A stretch of DNA of 64,000 bases from Polyangiaceae bacterium (lineage in GTDB: Bacteria > Myxococcota_A > Polyangia > Polyangiales > Polyangiaceae). Positions 31,742 through 43,533 of this stretch are shown in pieces. Position numbers and translations under genes: made by a program. The stretch spans positions 32,001 through 96,000 of the forward strand of contig JBGANF010000011.1 in the NCBI GenBank assembly GCA_044222475.1. Reading direction: 5' to 3'. Each line of letters begins with the position of its first letter. The first letter of the stretch is position 1. A model generated the notes under the pieces. That model saw only the letters and a program-made list of their open reading frames with translations. It was not told the origin of the DNA and made no database searches.

Positions 31742-33175
31742 ATGCGTCCCGCCTTCCTCAGCATCGCGCTCGCGGTGGCGCTCGTCGCGATCGGGAGCGA
31801 CGTGCGCTCCGATCAGGCGCCCGCCCCGAAGAAGTCGCTCGCGGGCGCGGTCGAGGCGATGACGGGGGACAAGGCGTGGAAGGACGCGCTGGTCGGCGTC
31901 GCGATCATCGACGTCGACTCCGGGGCGATGCTTGCATCTTACAATGAACATGCGGCGTTGAACCCAGCGTCGAACGCGAAGCTTTACACGGCCTCCGCTG
32001 CGCTGGCGATTCTTCATGGGGATCACCGGTTCGAGACGTCGCTCTCCGGCACGGTCAAAGGAAGCGACGTCTCTCAGCTCACGCTCCGCGGATTCGGCGA
32101 TCCTTCGCTCCGGACCGAGGATCTCTACTCGCTCGTGCTCGAGCTCCGAGCGCACGGCGTCCGCAAGGTCGACGGCGACATCCTCGTGGATCAGCGCTTC
32201 TTCGACGAAGAGACGACGCCGCCGGCGTTCGATCAGAAGCCCGGGGAGTGGGCCGCGTTCCGCGCGCCGGTCAGCGCGCTGGCAGTCGAGGAGAACACCA
32301 TCACGCTGCAGGTGCGCCCGACCGAGCCGGGGAAGGGGGCGCACGTCTTCTTCGATCCGCCGGGGTTCGTCGACGTCGAAGGATCCATCACCACCGGCGA
32401 AGGAGCCGACACGGTGGTCCTCGGGCTCTCGCCGTCGGGCCGCCGGCTCGCCGCCAAGGTGTCGGGAGCGGTCGGCGCCGACGCCAAGCTCGTGCGCTAC
32501 ACGCGCCGGGTCGACGACCCGACGTTGCTCGGCGGGTACGTCCTGAAGTCGCAGCTCGAGCGCGAGGGCATCTCGTTCAGCGGTGACGTCAAAGCCGGAT
32601 CGAGCAAGGGCACCGTCCTCGCGAAGCACACGTCCGAGCCGCTCTCGACGTTGCTCTACGCGCTCGGCAAGCAGAGCGACAACTTCTACGCCGAGATGAT
32701 CTTCAAGGACCTCGGCAGCGAAGCCGCTGGCCGGCCCGCCAAGGCGGACGCGGCGGCGAAGGCGGTCACGAAGTACGTCGACGACGTGGGTGCGAAGGAC
32801 GCAGGCCTGGTCTTCAAGAACGGCTCGGGCCTCTACGACGCCAACCGCGTCACCGCCGACAGCGTCACGAAGCTCCTCCGCGCGAGCTACCGCGACCCGG
32901 CGATCAGCTCGGAGTTCGTCGCCCAGCTCGCGATCGGCGGCGTCGACGGGACGCTGCACAAGCGCTTTCACTCGCAGGCCAAGCGGCGGTGCGTCCGGGC
33001 GAAGACCGGTACGCTCGACGACGCGATCGCGCTCAGCGGCTACGTCTTCGGGCCGCCCGGCAAGGGGCCGATCGCGTTCTCGATCGTGTTCAACAAGGTG
33101 TCGGGGAAGGCCTCCGCCGCCCGCATCGCCGCCGACAAGCTCGTCGAGGCGATCGTGCGCGAGCTCTGGGGCTGA
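31742..33175 (+). CDS. dacB: D-Ala-D-Ala carboxypeptidase/endopeptidase (PBP4)
   Basis: PASNAK (SxxK), SDNFYAE (SxN), NGSGL, AKTGTL. Confidence 0.93.
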   Translation: MRPAFLSIALAVALVAIGSDVRSDQAPAPKKSLAGAVEAMTGDKAWKDALVGVAIIDVDSGAMLASYNEHAALNPASNAKLYTASAALAILHGDHRFETSLSGTVKGSDVSQLTLRGFGDPSLRTEDLYSLVLELRAHGVRKVDGDILVDQRFFDEETTPPAFDQKPGEWAAFRAPVSALAVEENTITLQVRPTEPGKGAHVFFDPPGFVDVEGSITTGEGADTVVLGLSPSGRRLAAKVSGAVGADAKLVRYTRRVDDPTLLGGYVLKSQLEREGISFSGDVKAGSSKGTVLAKHTSEPLSTLLYALGKQSDNFYAEMIFKDLGSEAAGRPAKADAAAKAVTKYVDDVGAKDAGLVFKNGSGLYDANRVTADSVTKLLRASYRDPAISSEFVAQLAIGGVDGTLHKRFHSQAKRRCVRAKTGTLDDAIALSGYVFGPPGKGPIAFSIVFNKVSGKASAARIAADKLVEAIVRELWG

Positions 33176-33198
33176 GGCAGAGGCGGTGTTGGCGGCGC

Positions 33199-34068
33199 CT
33201 AGAAGCGTCCGCCGTACGTCATCACTCCGCCGCCGGGGACGGGGTGGAAATCGAGCGCGGTCGCAGCCGGCGGCGCTTCCTTCTTGCCGCCGACGAGGAG
33301 CCAGGTCACGCCGACGCCGAGTCCGACGACGCCGACGCCGAGCAACACGATGCCGGTGATGAACGCGCCGCGCAGCGCGGAGACCTTGTCGGGATCGCAC
33401 GTCCCCGTCGTCGCTCCCGCCGGGGGCACGCCGCAGGTGTCCTTGTAGTCGGCGTAGCGGATCTGGGCGACCGTCTCGACGATGCCGAAGCCGACCAGCG
33501 ACGCGGCACCGATGCCCATGAAGATCCACGGCGCGGGCCCCGCACCGCCGCCACCACCACCGCCGCCGCCGCCACCGCCACCACCGCCGCCGGAGCCCTT
33601 CGCTTCGATGCGGATGACGCGATCCTTCTCGCCCTCGGCCACGAGGACGGTGTCCTCGGAGCTCGTGCCGTCGGGGAATTGGTAGCGGAACTTGTGCTCA
33701 CCCGGGTCGATCGTCTTGCTCGTTCCTTGAAGTCGATCGAGGAAGGGCTGGCCGTCGACCGAGACCTTCACGTCGAGCAAGTCTTTTCCGGCCGCGTCAC
33801 GGGCGCGGATGACGACTGAAGGCATCCCGTTGTCGACCTCGGCGAGCCACTTCACGCAGTCCGTCTGCACCGCCGACGGGCACGCTTCCTTCACGCACAC
33901 GAGGAGCTGCTCTCGCGCGGCACCGAGCTTCTTCTCTCGGCGGAGGGCCTGCGACTTCTCCGCCGCGTTGAAGCACTCGTCTTTCGTCTGCGCGGCGGCC
34001 GATGGAGCGAACGCCGTCACCGAAGCGACGAAACCGACTGCGAGCACGGCCTTCAGCGAATGTCGCAT
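33199..34068 (-). CDS. Exported PEGA-like protein with C-terminal TM segments
   Basis: Signal peptide, helical Cys-bridged N-domain, VKVSVDG...IDPGEH, poly-Gly linker, two hydrophobic segments. Confidence 0.72.
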   Translation of the reverse strand: MRHSLKAVLAVGFVASVTAFAPSAAAQTKDECFNAAEKSQALRREKKLGAAREQLLVCVKEACPSAVQTDCVKWLAEVDNGMPSVVIRARDAAGKDLLDVKVSVDGQPFLDRLQGTSKTIDPGEHKFRYQFPDGTSSEDTVLVAEGEKDRVIRIEAKGSGGGGGGGGGGGGGGGGAGPAPWIFMGIGAASLVGFGIVETVAQIRYADYKDTCGVPPAGATTGTCDPDKVSALRGAFITGIVLLGVGVVGLGVGVTWLLVGGKKEAPPAATALDFHPVPGGGVMTYGGRF

Positions 34069-34114
34069 GTCACGAGGAGAGCAAAGAGGCCCTGCTTTGT
34101 AAAGCAAGGCGCTC

Positions 34115-35692
34115 CTACATACACTCGCGCTTGTAGATCCGGTCCCCGTTCGGGCCGATGCGGTACGGCGGGTTGCAGTTCGGCGCCGCGCCCGTCGCCG
34201 TAGGCTTCACTGTCGCGGTCGCGGTGACCGTCGGCTTCACCGTCGCGGTCGCCGTCGGCTTCACCGTCGCGGCGCCGGTGGCCGTCGGCTTCGCCGTCGC
34301 GCTCGCAGCCACGGTGGCGGTCGGCTCCACGGTTGCGGTCGTGGTCGCCGTCGTGGTCGTGGTCGTGGTCGCAGTCGTCGTAGCCGTCGCGGTCGCGGTC
34401 GTGGTCGGGCCGCCGCTGGCTTGGCCGCCATGGCTGCCACTCGACCCGATCGTGATCCCGACGACGACCAGCAGGATCGCCGCCAGCCCGCCCAGCGCGA
34501 CGTAGACGTAGACGCGCCGGCGTCGCTTGGAAGGGTCCGGCATCATCGAGTCGCTCGCTGCGACGGAGATGCTCGACACCTGCGACGACGTCTCGCCCCC
34601 CGGAGGCAGCTGCACACCGCTGATGGCCGACGTCGACGACTGCGGCGGCGGCGGCACCGCGCCGCCGTGCGCATCGTCGAGGCCCGACATGATCTGGGTG
34701 AGCGCGGGCTGCTCGCCGGTCACGCTCTCGATCTCGGCCACCTTCTCGGCGCGCGCGGAGAGCGCGTCGGCGGCGACGGTCTCGACCCACTCGCCGACGT
34801 CGCTCGCGAGCGCGGGGTGCACCGTGCGTTCGAGCGCGACGGCCATCTCCTTCGCGGTCGCGAAGCGCTTCGTCTTGTCGCGTTCGATGCCACGCATGAC
34901 GAGCGCGTCGAGCGCCGGCGTGACCTCGGCGTTGTAGGTGCTCGGCGGATCGATCGTCCCGAAGAGCACCTGCTCGAGGACCGAACCTTCGTTGTCCCCT
35001 TTGAACATCTTGCGCAGCGTGAGCGCTTCCCAGAGGCACACCGCTGCCGCGTAGACGTCGGTCTGGCGATCGACCGGCTGGCCGCGGAGCTGCTCGGGCG
35101 ACATGTACGGGAGCTTGCCTTTGACGTTTCCTTCGCGCGTCGTGTGGAAGCGCCCGGCCGCCTTCGCGACGCCGAAGTCGAGCACCTTGGAGACGCCGTC
35201 GCGGTTCACGAGGATGTTCTGAGGAGAGATGTCGCGGTGGACGATGTTGAGCGCTTCGCCGCGCTCGGTCTTCGCTTCGTGAGCGGCGTGCAGCCCGTAG
35301 AGGGCGCCGGTGACCAACGCGACCGCGATCTTCGGCGGGATCATCTCGCCGCGGGACCGGGCGCCGCGGATCAGGCGGGAGAGCGTCTCGCCCTGGAGGT
35401 ACTCCATGACGAGGAAGAGCTCCCCCTGGGTGGCGACGACGTCGAGCGTCGCGCAGACGTTGGGGTGCTGGATTCGTGCGGCGAGCCGGGCCTCGTCGAG
35501 GAACATCGAGACGAACTCGGGGTCCTTCGCGAACTGCGGGTGCAGCCGCTTGATCGCCACCGTGCGGGCGAAGCCGACCGGGCCCATCAAGCGTCCGAGA
35601 TGGACCGTGGCCATGCCGCCAGATGCGAGCTCGCCATAGAGCGCATAGCGCCCGATCACACGGACCGGCGTTCCGGAGGCAGGCGTGGACAC
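34115..35692 (-). CDS. Membrane Ser/Thr protein kinase
   Basis: LASGGMATV, VAIK, HRDISPQN, DFG, YMSPEQ, TM segment, Thr-rich stalk, CNPPY tail. Start GTG 35692 or ATG 35761. Confidence 0.93.
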   Translation of the reverse strand: MSTPASGTPVRVIGRYALYGELASGGMATVHLGRLMGPVGFARTVAIKRLHPQFAKDPEFVSMFLDEARLAARIQHPNVCATLDVVATQGELFLVMEYLQGETLSRLIRGARSRGEMIPPKIAVALVTGALYGLHAAHEAKTERGEALNIVHRDISPQNILVNRDGVSKVLDFGVAKAAGRFHTTREGNVKGKLPYMSPEQLRGQPVDRQTDVYAAAVCLWEALTLRKMFKGDNEGSVLEQVLFGTIDPPSTYNAEVTPALDALVMRGIERDKTKRFATAKEMAVALERTVHPALASDVGEWVETVAADALSARAEKVAEIESVTGEQPALTQIMSGLDDAHGGAVPPPPQSSTSAISGVQLPPGGETSSQVSSISVAASDSMMPDPSKRRRRVYVYVALGGLAAILLVVVGITIGSSGSHGGQASGGPTTTATATATTTATTTTTTTATTTATVEPTATVAASATAKPTATGAATVKPTATATVKPTVTATATVKPTATGAAPNCNPPYRIGPNGDRIYKRECM

Positions 35693-35827
35693 TCCCGAGA
35701 AGGGTATCAGATCGCCCTCTCGCGAGCCCACGATCCCGCAAAAAGTCCCCACGGCACGCATGTCCAGCGCGAGTCGCGGGAGCGCGAGCGAGGCTCCGAA
35801 TCTGCGCTAAGCTGACGCTCCCAAGAC

Positions 35828-37627
<1,800 letters not shown>

Positions 37628-37630
37628 CGC

Positions 37631-39112
37631 TCAGCGTCGGCGTCGCAACAGCCGGCGCACGCCGAGGACGGTGAGCGCGAAGAGCGCGACCGCGCCCCCG
37701 GGCGACTGCATCGGCGCGCTCGAGCAGCCGCTCGTGCGCGTCGTCGTCGTCGAGGTGGTCGGGCTCTCGTCGTAGATGCTCGTGCGGTGGATGTTGTCGA
37801 CCGCGCTCTGCGCGCCGGCCGAGAGGCGCAGATCCTGATTGAGCGCGCTCGAACGGAGGTTCGCGCGCAATCGGGTCACCCACACGTCGGTGGGTCGCAT
37901 GCCGCGCGTCGCGACCGAGAGGTCGTCGAAGTTCTCGCAGCCCGAGGGGCGCCACTCCTCCGGAGGCGGAGGAGCTGCGTCGACGGTGGCGCCCGCGTCG
38001 ATCGTGCCCGAGTCGTCCGCGTTCGCGTCCACGTCGCCGCCGTCGTCGGAGGCGGCGTCGGAGGCGGCGTCGGAGGCGGCGTCGGATGCATCGGCCCCTG
38101 CGTCGGTCACGGACGTGCACGGCTCCCCGTTCGGGTTGCCCTGCCCGCCGCCGCCGCCGCCCGTGCGCGTCGGTCCGCACAGACCGTAGTACGAGTCGAA
38201 CAGCGTCGGATTCGGCCCGGTCGGGTAGCTCCACTCACCGATGCCGGGTTGTTTGGCGTACTCGGTGACCCACGCGCGATCGCCGCCTTGGCGCATCCCA
38301 TCGGCGATGAGCTCCTGGTAGTTCGAGCGGTTCGTGGTGCGGTTCCAGGTCAGCTTGCCGTAGTCGATCGTGGCGTCCGGAAAGTTCTGTGGGTGGTAGC
38401 GCCCTTCACCGATCACGTAGAGCGTGAGCCCGACGAACGCGCCGACGCCCGCCGCGACCATGCGCAGCGGGAGCGTCGGATCGGCGCCCGGAGTGACGAT
38501 GCGCACCGGCTTCATCGATCGGACGTTGCAGTCGGGGAGCAGACGAAGTGCGATGAAGTCGAAGCCCTCGTTCACGTAGCCGTCGACGACGGGCTCGACC
38601 GACGTCGGGATCGCGTAGCCGTGCGCCTGGAGCCAGCTGCGGAGCGCGCTCGGATCGGTCGAGCGGAGCGTCACCGTTTCGTACGGTCCGACGACGTCTT
38701 GTCGAAGGACTTGCACCGGGTCGCCGCCCGGCGACCCGGCGGAGTCGCTGCTCGACGAACCGCAGGCTCCGAGAGCGCAGCCCGAGCGGGTGTTTCGCGG
38801 CGAAGGGCCATAGATGACCGGCTGGGTCGTCGCATCGAGCGCGGCGAACCAGTCGTCGCGCGAGAGCTCGACGCGCGCGCCGTCGCGAACGGGCAGCACC
38901 CACGCGAACTCGCGCGGGTTGCCCGCGTAGCGGATCTGATCCCAGAGAACCGTCTGCGATCGGGAGATCGACAGCGCCATCCGATGATCGGTGACGACGG
39001 TCTGCTCGGTGGGGCGGGCGAAGCACCCACCGCAGGCGGAGGCGACGTGAGGAACCGCGAAGACAGCAGCGACCGAAGCCGCCGCGAAGACGGCAAGCGA
39101 AGCGAAGCGCAT
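37631..39112 (-). CDS. DUF2330-like exported protein with MYXO-CTERM-like tail
   Basis: ASACGGCF, EFAWVLPV, VGPYETVTL..WL...GY, LPLRM; C-terminal SGCS + hydrophobic helix + RRRR. Confidence 0.8.
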   Translation of the reverse strand: MRFASLAVFAAASVAAVFAVPHVASACGGCFARPTEQTVVTDHRMALSISRSQTVLWDQIRYAGNPREFAWVLPVRDGARVELSRDDWFAALDATTQPVIYGPSPRNTRSGCALGACGSSSSDSAGSPGGDPVQVLRQDVVGPYETVTLRSTDPSALRSWLQAHGYAIPTSVEPVVDGYVNEGFDFIALRLLPDCNVRSMKPVRIVTPGADPTLPLRMVAAGVGAFVGLTLYVIGEGRYHPQNFPDATIDYGKLTWNRTTNRSNYQELIADGMRQGGDRAWVTEYAKQPGIGEWSYPTGPNPTLFDSYYGLCGPTRTGGGGGGQGNPNGEPCTSVTDAGADASDAASDAASDAASDDGGDVDANADDSGTIDAGATVDAAPPPPEEWRPSGCENFDDLSVATRGMRPTDVWVTRLRANLRSSALNQDLRLSAGAQSAVDNIHRTSIYDESPTTSTTTTRTSGCSSAPMQSPGGAVALFALTVLGVRRLLRRRR

Positions 39113-39237
39113 GGAGTCACCTGAAAGGAAGAAGAAGAGAAGAAGAAAGAAGAGAACTTCGAAGCAAAGGAAGGAACAAGCGAGGAGAGCGATGACGCGA
39201 CCTGCGCGTCATCGACGAGTTCGTCGGGGCGCGACGC

Positions 39238-39723
39238 TCAGAAGCGTGCGCCGAGCGTGAGGTACGTGTGGGTCGTCGTATTTTCGATTCGGATTCGGCG
39301 CGGCGCGGCCGTGATCTGCGCCGAGTAGGCGGTGAAGGATCCGTCTGCGTCGGCGAGGACGACGACGATCCCCTGCGGGTCGACGCGAAGCTGCACGCTG
39401 CGCTGGTACGCCTTGCCGCTGCCTCGAACGAGTGCGGTCCCCGATCCTGGGACGAGGAAGTAGGCGAACTTCCCGTCGAACTCGACGCCGGCGACGTCAC
39501 TCGGGATGTCGGTGAGGGTGCTGGCGCAGCGATCCCAGACGCCCGCGAGGTCGACGTAGGCGTCTTCGGCCGCGGCGTACTTCTGAGCCGCGCCTTCGGG
39601 GCCGTTGCACTCGGCGTTGATGGCGGGAGGCGGCGCCGTGGCGTCGGTGTTCACGGCACAACCGACGGCGCCCGGCAGGGCAAGGAAGGGAAGAAGGAGG
39701 AGCGAGGAGAGAATTCGGGGCAT
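39238..39723 (-). CDS. Hypothetical lipoprotein
   Basis: MPRILSSLLLLPFLALPGAVGC lipobox. Confidence 0.68.
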   Translation of the reverse strand: MPRILSSLLLLPFLALPGAVGCAVNTDATAPPPAINAECNGPEGAAQKYAAAEDAYVDLAGVWDRCASTLTDIPSDVAGVEFDGKFAYFLVPGSGTALVRGSGKAYQRSVQLRVDPQGIVVVLADADGSFTAYSAQITAAPRRIRIENTTTHTYLTLGARF

Positions 39724-39884
39724 GGTGGGGGGCGGGATCCTCGCGGCTCGGCATGACAGGCATGTCATGTCGGGAGCCGAGGGAGAGGGACGATCAGGTA
39801 GTCATTTCAACTAGATGCGGACCAGCGGGCTCCGCGTGCCCTTGGGTAGTGCACGCAGCATGCCGGGGTCGACGACCCGAAATG

Positions 39885-39915
39885 AAAAAAGGAACGAGGA
39901 GAACCTCGTTCCTTT
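39885..39915 (-). terminator. Rho-independent terminator of the sigma factor gene
   Basis: Stem GGAACGAGG/CCTCGTTCC, 4-nt loop, followed by T6 on the minus strand. Confidence 0.85.
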
Positions 39916-39942
39916 CTTCACCGTCACCGAGCAGCGTCGTCG

Positions 39943-41394
39943 CTAGTCGCGCATGTGCTTTCGGATCTTGCCGAGAGCCTGCTCCTGAAGCTGACGAATG
40001 CGCTCGCGCGACAGGTTGTACTTGTCGCCGATCTCCTTGAGCGTGAGCTCGTCCTCGTCGTCGAGGCCGAAGCGCCAGCGGATGATGCGCGACTCGATCG
40101 GGGTGAGCGTTCCGAGCAGGCGACGCACTTCCTCGCCCCACTTCTGGGACACGAGGCTCTCGTACGGCGAGAGAGCGTTGTCGTCCTGGAGGAAGTCGAT
40201 GAACTTCCGCCCGTCCTCGTCACCGACGGGACGATCGAGCGAGAACGGCGTCTCGGCCCACGAGCCCTTGACCTTGTCGAGCTTGTCTTGCGGGATGCCC
40301 GTCTCTTGCTCGAGCTCGGCGAGGCTCGGCTCGCGACCGGTGCGCGCGATCACCGACGCGGTGGCGCGAGCGACGCGGTTGTGCGTGTCGAGCATGTGGA
40401 CCGGGATGCGGACCGCGCGTCCCTTGTCGGCAAGGGCGCGGCTGATCGCGTGGCGAATCCACCACGAGGCGTACGTCGAGAAGCGGTAGCCGCGCGAGTG
40501 GTCGAAGCGCTCGACCGCCTTCATCAGGCCGATGTTGCCTTCCTGAATCAGGTCGATGAGGGGCAAGCGACCGCGGTTGTAGCGACGCGCGATCGAGACG
40601 ACGAGGCGGAGGTTCGCCTTCACGAACCGGTTCTTCACCCGGCGCGAGTTCTCGGCGCAGAGCGCGATTCGGTCGAGGTATTTGCGGTATTCGCGCGTGA
40701 GGTTCAGCTTGGGCTCGAGGTGCCGCGAGAGCTGGACGTCGCTGTCGGGCGGTCCGTCGTCGAGGTCGGGGACTTCGACGAGACCCTTGGCCGTCTGCTC
40801 CGCGTGCAGGATCCAGAGGCGATCGCTGTCGGCGAGACGAATCGCGCGCGCGAGGGACTCGCAGGTGCGCTCCCAGCGGCGCTCTTGGTCGCGGCTCCAC
40901 TTGCTCCGGCCCTTGCGCTTGAGCATGCGACGAAGCTCCGCGATCTGCGGCAGCGTGAGCGCCTCTTCGCCGGTCGGGAGATCCTTCTCGAGCTGGTCGA
41001 GGATGTAGCCCGCGGCGGCCGGGTGCACGAGCGTCGAGATCCAGTGGGCGACTTCGGCCCGCTCGACGTCGATCGCCGTCTCGAGCTCTTGCTCTTGCCC
41101 CATCACGTGGTGGGTCGCCATCTCGCGGAAGTAGCGGGCGAGCATCGAGTCGCCGCCGCTCTCCTCGACCTCGCGGTCGCGGATGGGAGCGAGCTCCTTC
41201 TTCTCGGTGGCGGCTGCGAGCTCCGCCGGTGCTTCGTTCAGATCGAACTCGGGCTCGTCGGGCTCCACGATGGGCTCGGCGGCTTCGGTCGGGGCCACGC
41301 TGGCGGGGCTTGCTTCGGATACCTGCGCCGAGTCGTCCTCGCCCTCGTCGAGAGGAGTTGCGACGGCCGCTGCGCGGTGTGCGGTGTTCTTCAT
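39943..41394 (-). CDS. RNA polymerase sigma factor, RpoD/RpoS family
   Basis: ANLRLVVSIARRY, DLIQEGNIGLMKAVERFD..RGYRFSTYASWWIR, VRIPVH, TLKEIG...LSRERIRQ. Start ATG 41394 preferred; ORF is open to 41751. Confidence 0.93.
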   Translation of the reverse strand: MKNTAHRAAAVATPLDEGEDDSAQVSEASPASVAPTEAAEPIVEPDEPEFDLNEAPAELAAATEKKELAPIRDREVEESGGDSMLARYFREMATHHVMGQEQELETAIDVERAEVAHWISTLVHPAAAGYILDQLEKDLPTGEEALTLPQIAELRRMLKRKGRSKWSRDQERRWERTCESLARAIRLADSDRLWILHAEQTAKGLVEVPDLDDGPPDSDVQLSRHLEPKLNLTREYRKYLDRIALCAENSRRVKNRFVKANLRLVVSIARRYNRGRLPLIDLIQEGNIGLMKAVERFDHSRGYRFSTYASWWIRHAISRALADKGRAVRIPVHMLDTHNRVARATASVIARTGREPSLAELEQETGIPQDKLDKVKGSWAETPFSLDRPVGDEDGRKFIDFLQDDNALSPYESLVSQKWGEEVRRLLGTLTPIESRIIRWRFGLDDEDELTLKEIGDKYNLSRERIRQLQEQALGKIRKHMRD

Positions 41395-41729
41395 TCTCAC
41401 GTCCCTTTCGATGCTTTCTCCGTCGACCTCGGTGCGTCTCCCCTTCGTTCTTGCGTTGGCTGTTTCCTTCGCGGCATTCAGCAACGGTTTCGATTGGGTG
41501 CTGATTCCCGTCTTGGACCTGGCGGCGGCACCCGCGCGCGAGCGTTTGACAAGTTTCCTATTTGCGCTACGAACGGACGTGAAACCCTGCTCGCGTTTGA
41601 CGCGGCGGGTGTGGGGAACAGGTTTTCCGGACCCCAGAGCTCGTGCCGCGTTGCTCATACCGCGCGGTGATGCAAATTTTGTTCCCCGAACCGCGCGAAT
41701 GACGCGGGGGGCCTTCGGAGCGCGTCGGC

Positions 41730-41745
41730 TGGCGGTTCCTTTGCT
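41730..41745 (+). promoter_or_regulatory. Candidate sigma54 (-24/-12) promoter
   Basis: TGGCGGTTCCTTTGCT = GG-N10-GC with TGGC/TTGCT, about 100 bp upstream of the ABC transporter. Confidence 0.4.
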
Positions 41746-41844
41746 CTGCATGGGGTGATGACCTGGGAATGTCCGGCTGGGATGTTTCTTCGTTAGGACT
41801 CATGTAAGGACGAAGTCGAATCCGTGCACGAGTTGGAACGAAAG

Positions 41845-43533
41845 ATGGCGGGGCCGCCTTCCTTCTACGCGCGCGGAGCGCTGGAGGTTTTGCGCCGACC
41901 GAGCGAAGGAGGGCTGTTTTTGCTCTCGGCCGGGGCGTACGCGCTCGGACACGCAGCGATTGCGGTCGCGATCGCGGGTTGTGTCGAAGGGCTCGGGGGG
42001 CCTCGCGGGGCGACCCTCCTCGCCGCCAATCCGCTCGAATTCGCTCTTTTGGGGCTCGCGGCGGTGGTGTTGAAATCACTGGGAAACGTGCTTGGAACGA
42101 CTGTCCAGGCGCGCATGGGTGGGGAGGTGGGTGCCGCATTGCGTGAGGGGGTGTTGGGAGCTCTGCTCAGCGAGATCTCAGTGGCGCAGGCGCGACATTC
42201 GGATCAGGGGGGTGCAACGAAGGAGGCAGAGGGTTGGGCCCGCCGGGTGACCGCGCTCACCGAGCACGTAGCGACGTGCGAGCGCGGGTTGGCTGACGGG
42301 CTGCTCGCCACGGCACGTGCCGTGCTGCAGATGATCCCGCTCGTCGCGCTGCTCGTCGCGCTCGCGCCGCGCCTCGCGCTCGTCGCAGTCATCGTGCTCG
42401 CGCCGCTCGGTTGGATCGTCGGTCGCGCCCGACGCGCGCTCCGCGCGAGCCTCGCGCGTGAGGCGGCGCGCAAGCAGTCGCTCCTCGGTGGCGCCGACGA
42501 AGCGGTCCGTCATGCAGAGCTGTTCCGCACGTTCGGTGCCGGCGCGAGCGTGCGCGCGCGCGTGCGTCGACTCGGTGAGGCTCTGACGCGGCAGTCGATG
42601 CGCGTCGCCGCGCTGGGGGCGGCGATCAGCGGCGCGAACGAGATCGCCGGAGCGCTCGCCGTGTTGTTCGTGGTCATCGCGGTTCGGAGCGGTCTGCTCG
42701 GACCTTCGGCGTCGGCGTCGCTCCTGCCGTTCACGTTGACGTTCTTCATGGCGTACCGGCCGCTGCGCGATCTCGCCGAGGCGCGCATCGCGTCGGCGAA
42801 GGCCACCGTCGCGTTCGCGGAGATCGCTCCGCTGCTCCAGGTCTCGCCGGTGGCGTCCGTGGACTCGAGCCCATCCTTTCGGGCCGACGCTCTGGCTACG
42901 CTCGAGGTCAGGGGACTGCGGCTCCGTCACGGGAGCTTGGGCGTGCTCGACTTCGTGATCGCGCCTGGCGAGATCGTCGCGCTCGTCGCCCCGACCGGCG
43001 CGGGAAAGACGACGCTCTTCCGAACGCTCCTAGGCCTCGAGCGACCGCGCGCTGGCGACATCCGCTGGCGCGGCGAGTCGATCACCGACGCCGGCGTGGG
43101 CCCGAGTCGGCCGTTCGCGTGGTGCCCGCAGGAGTCTCCGATCGTCGGCGACTCGATCGCGGCGAACGTGCTCCTCCGCGAGCGCGACGAGCCGGGCGCG
43201 TCGACGTCGGCGGCGCGCGAAGCGCTCGCTGCGATCGGCGCGGAGACGCTCGCGCGGGACGTCGGCGCGGTCGTCGGCGACGGTGGGCGCGCGCTGTCCG
43301 GCGGCGAGCGACAGTGGGTCGCCCTCGCGCGCGCGCTCGCGTCGAGCGCTCCGGTCCTCCTCCTCGACGAGCCGACGAGCGGGCTCGACCGCGTGGCCCA
43401 GCGGGACGTACTCGCGGCGATCGCGTTGCTTCGCGGGAAGCGGTCGATCCTCGTCGTGAGTCACCGCGAAGAGCCGCTGTCGATCGCCGACCGCGTGCTC
43501 CGCCCGGAGCGCATCACGCCGGTCGCTGCCTAG
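41845..43533 (+). CDS. ABC transporter, fused permease/ATPase
   Basis: TM domain, then APTGAGKTT, LSGGERQ, LLLDEPTSGLD, VVSH. Confidence 0.88.
   Translation: MAGPPSFYARGALEVLRRPSEGGLFLLSAGAYALGHAAIAVAIAGCVEGLGGPRGATLLAANPLEFALLGLAAVVLKSLGNVLGTTVQARMGGEVGAALREGVLGALLSEISVAQARHSDQGGATKEAEGWARRVTALTEHVATCERGLADGLLATARAVLQMIPLVALLVALAPRLALVAVIVLAPLGWIVGRARRALRASLAREAARKQSLLGGADEAVRHAELFRTFGAGASVRARVRRLGEALTRQSMRVAALGAAISGANEIAGALAVLFVVIAVRSGLLGPSASASLLPFTLTFFMAYRPLRDLAEARIASAKATVAFAEIAPLLQVSPVASVDSSPSFRADALATLEVRGLRLRHGSLGVLDFVIAPGEIVALVAPTGAGKTTLFRTLLGLERPRAGDIRWRGESITDAGVGPSRPFAWCPQESPIVGDSIAANVLLRERDEPGASTSAAREALAAIGAETLARDVGAVVGDGGRALSGGERQWVALARALASSAPVLLLDEPTSGLDRVAQRDVLAAIALLRGKRSILVVSHREEPLSIADRVLRPERITPVAA

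Noticed and set aside
29450..33529. Overlapping 1241-aa (+) and 1099-aa (-) ORFs
   Set aside because: Each is a real gene (dacB or the substrate-binding protein) extended by the stop-poor antisense frame of the neighbouring genes, which is typical of high-GC DNA.
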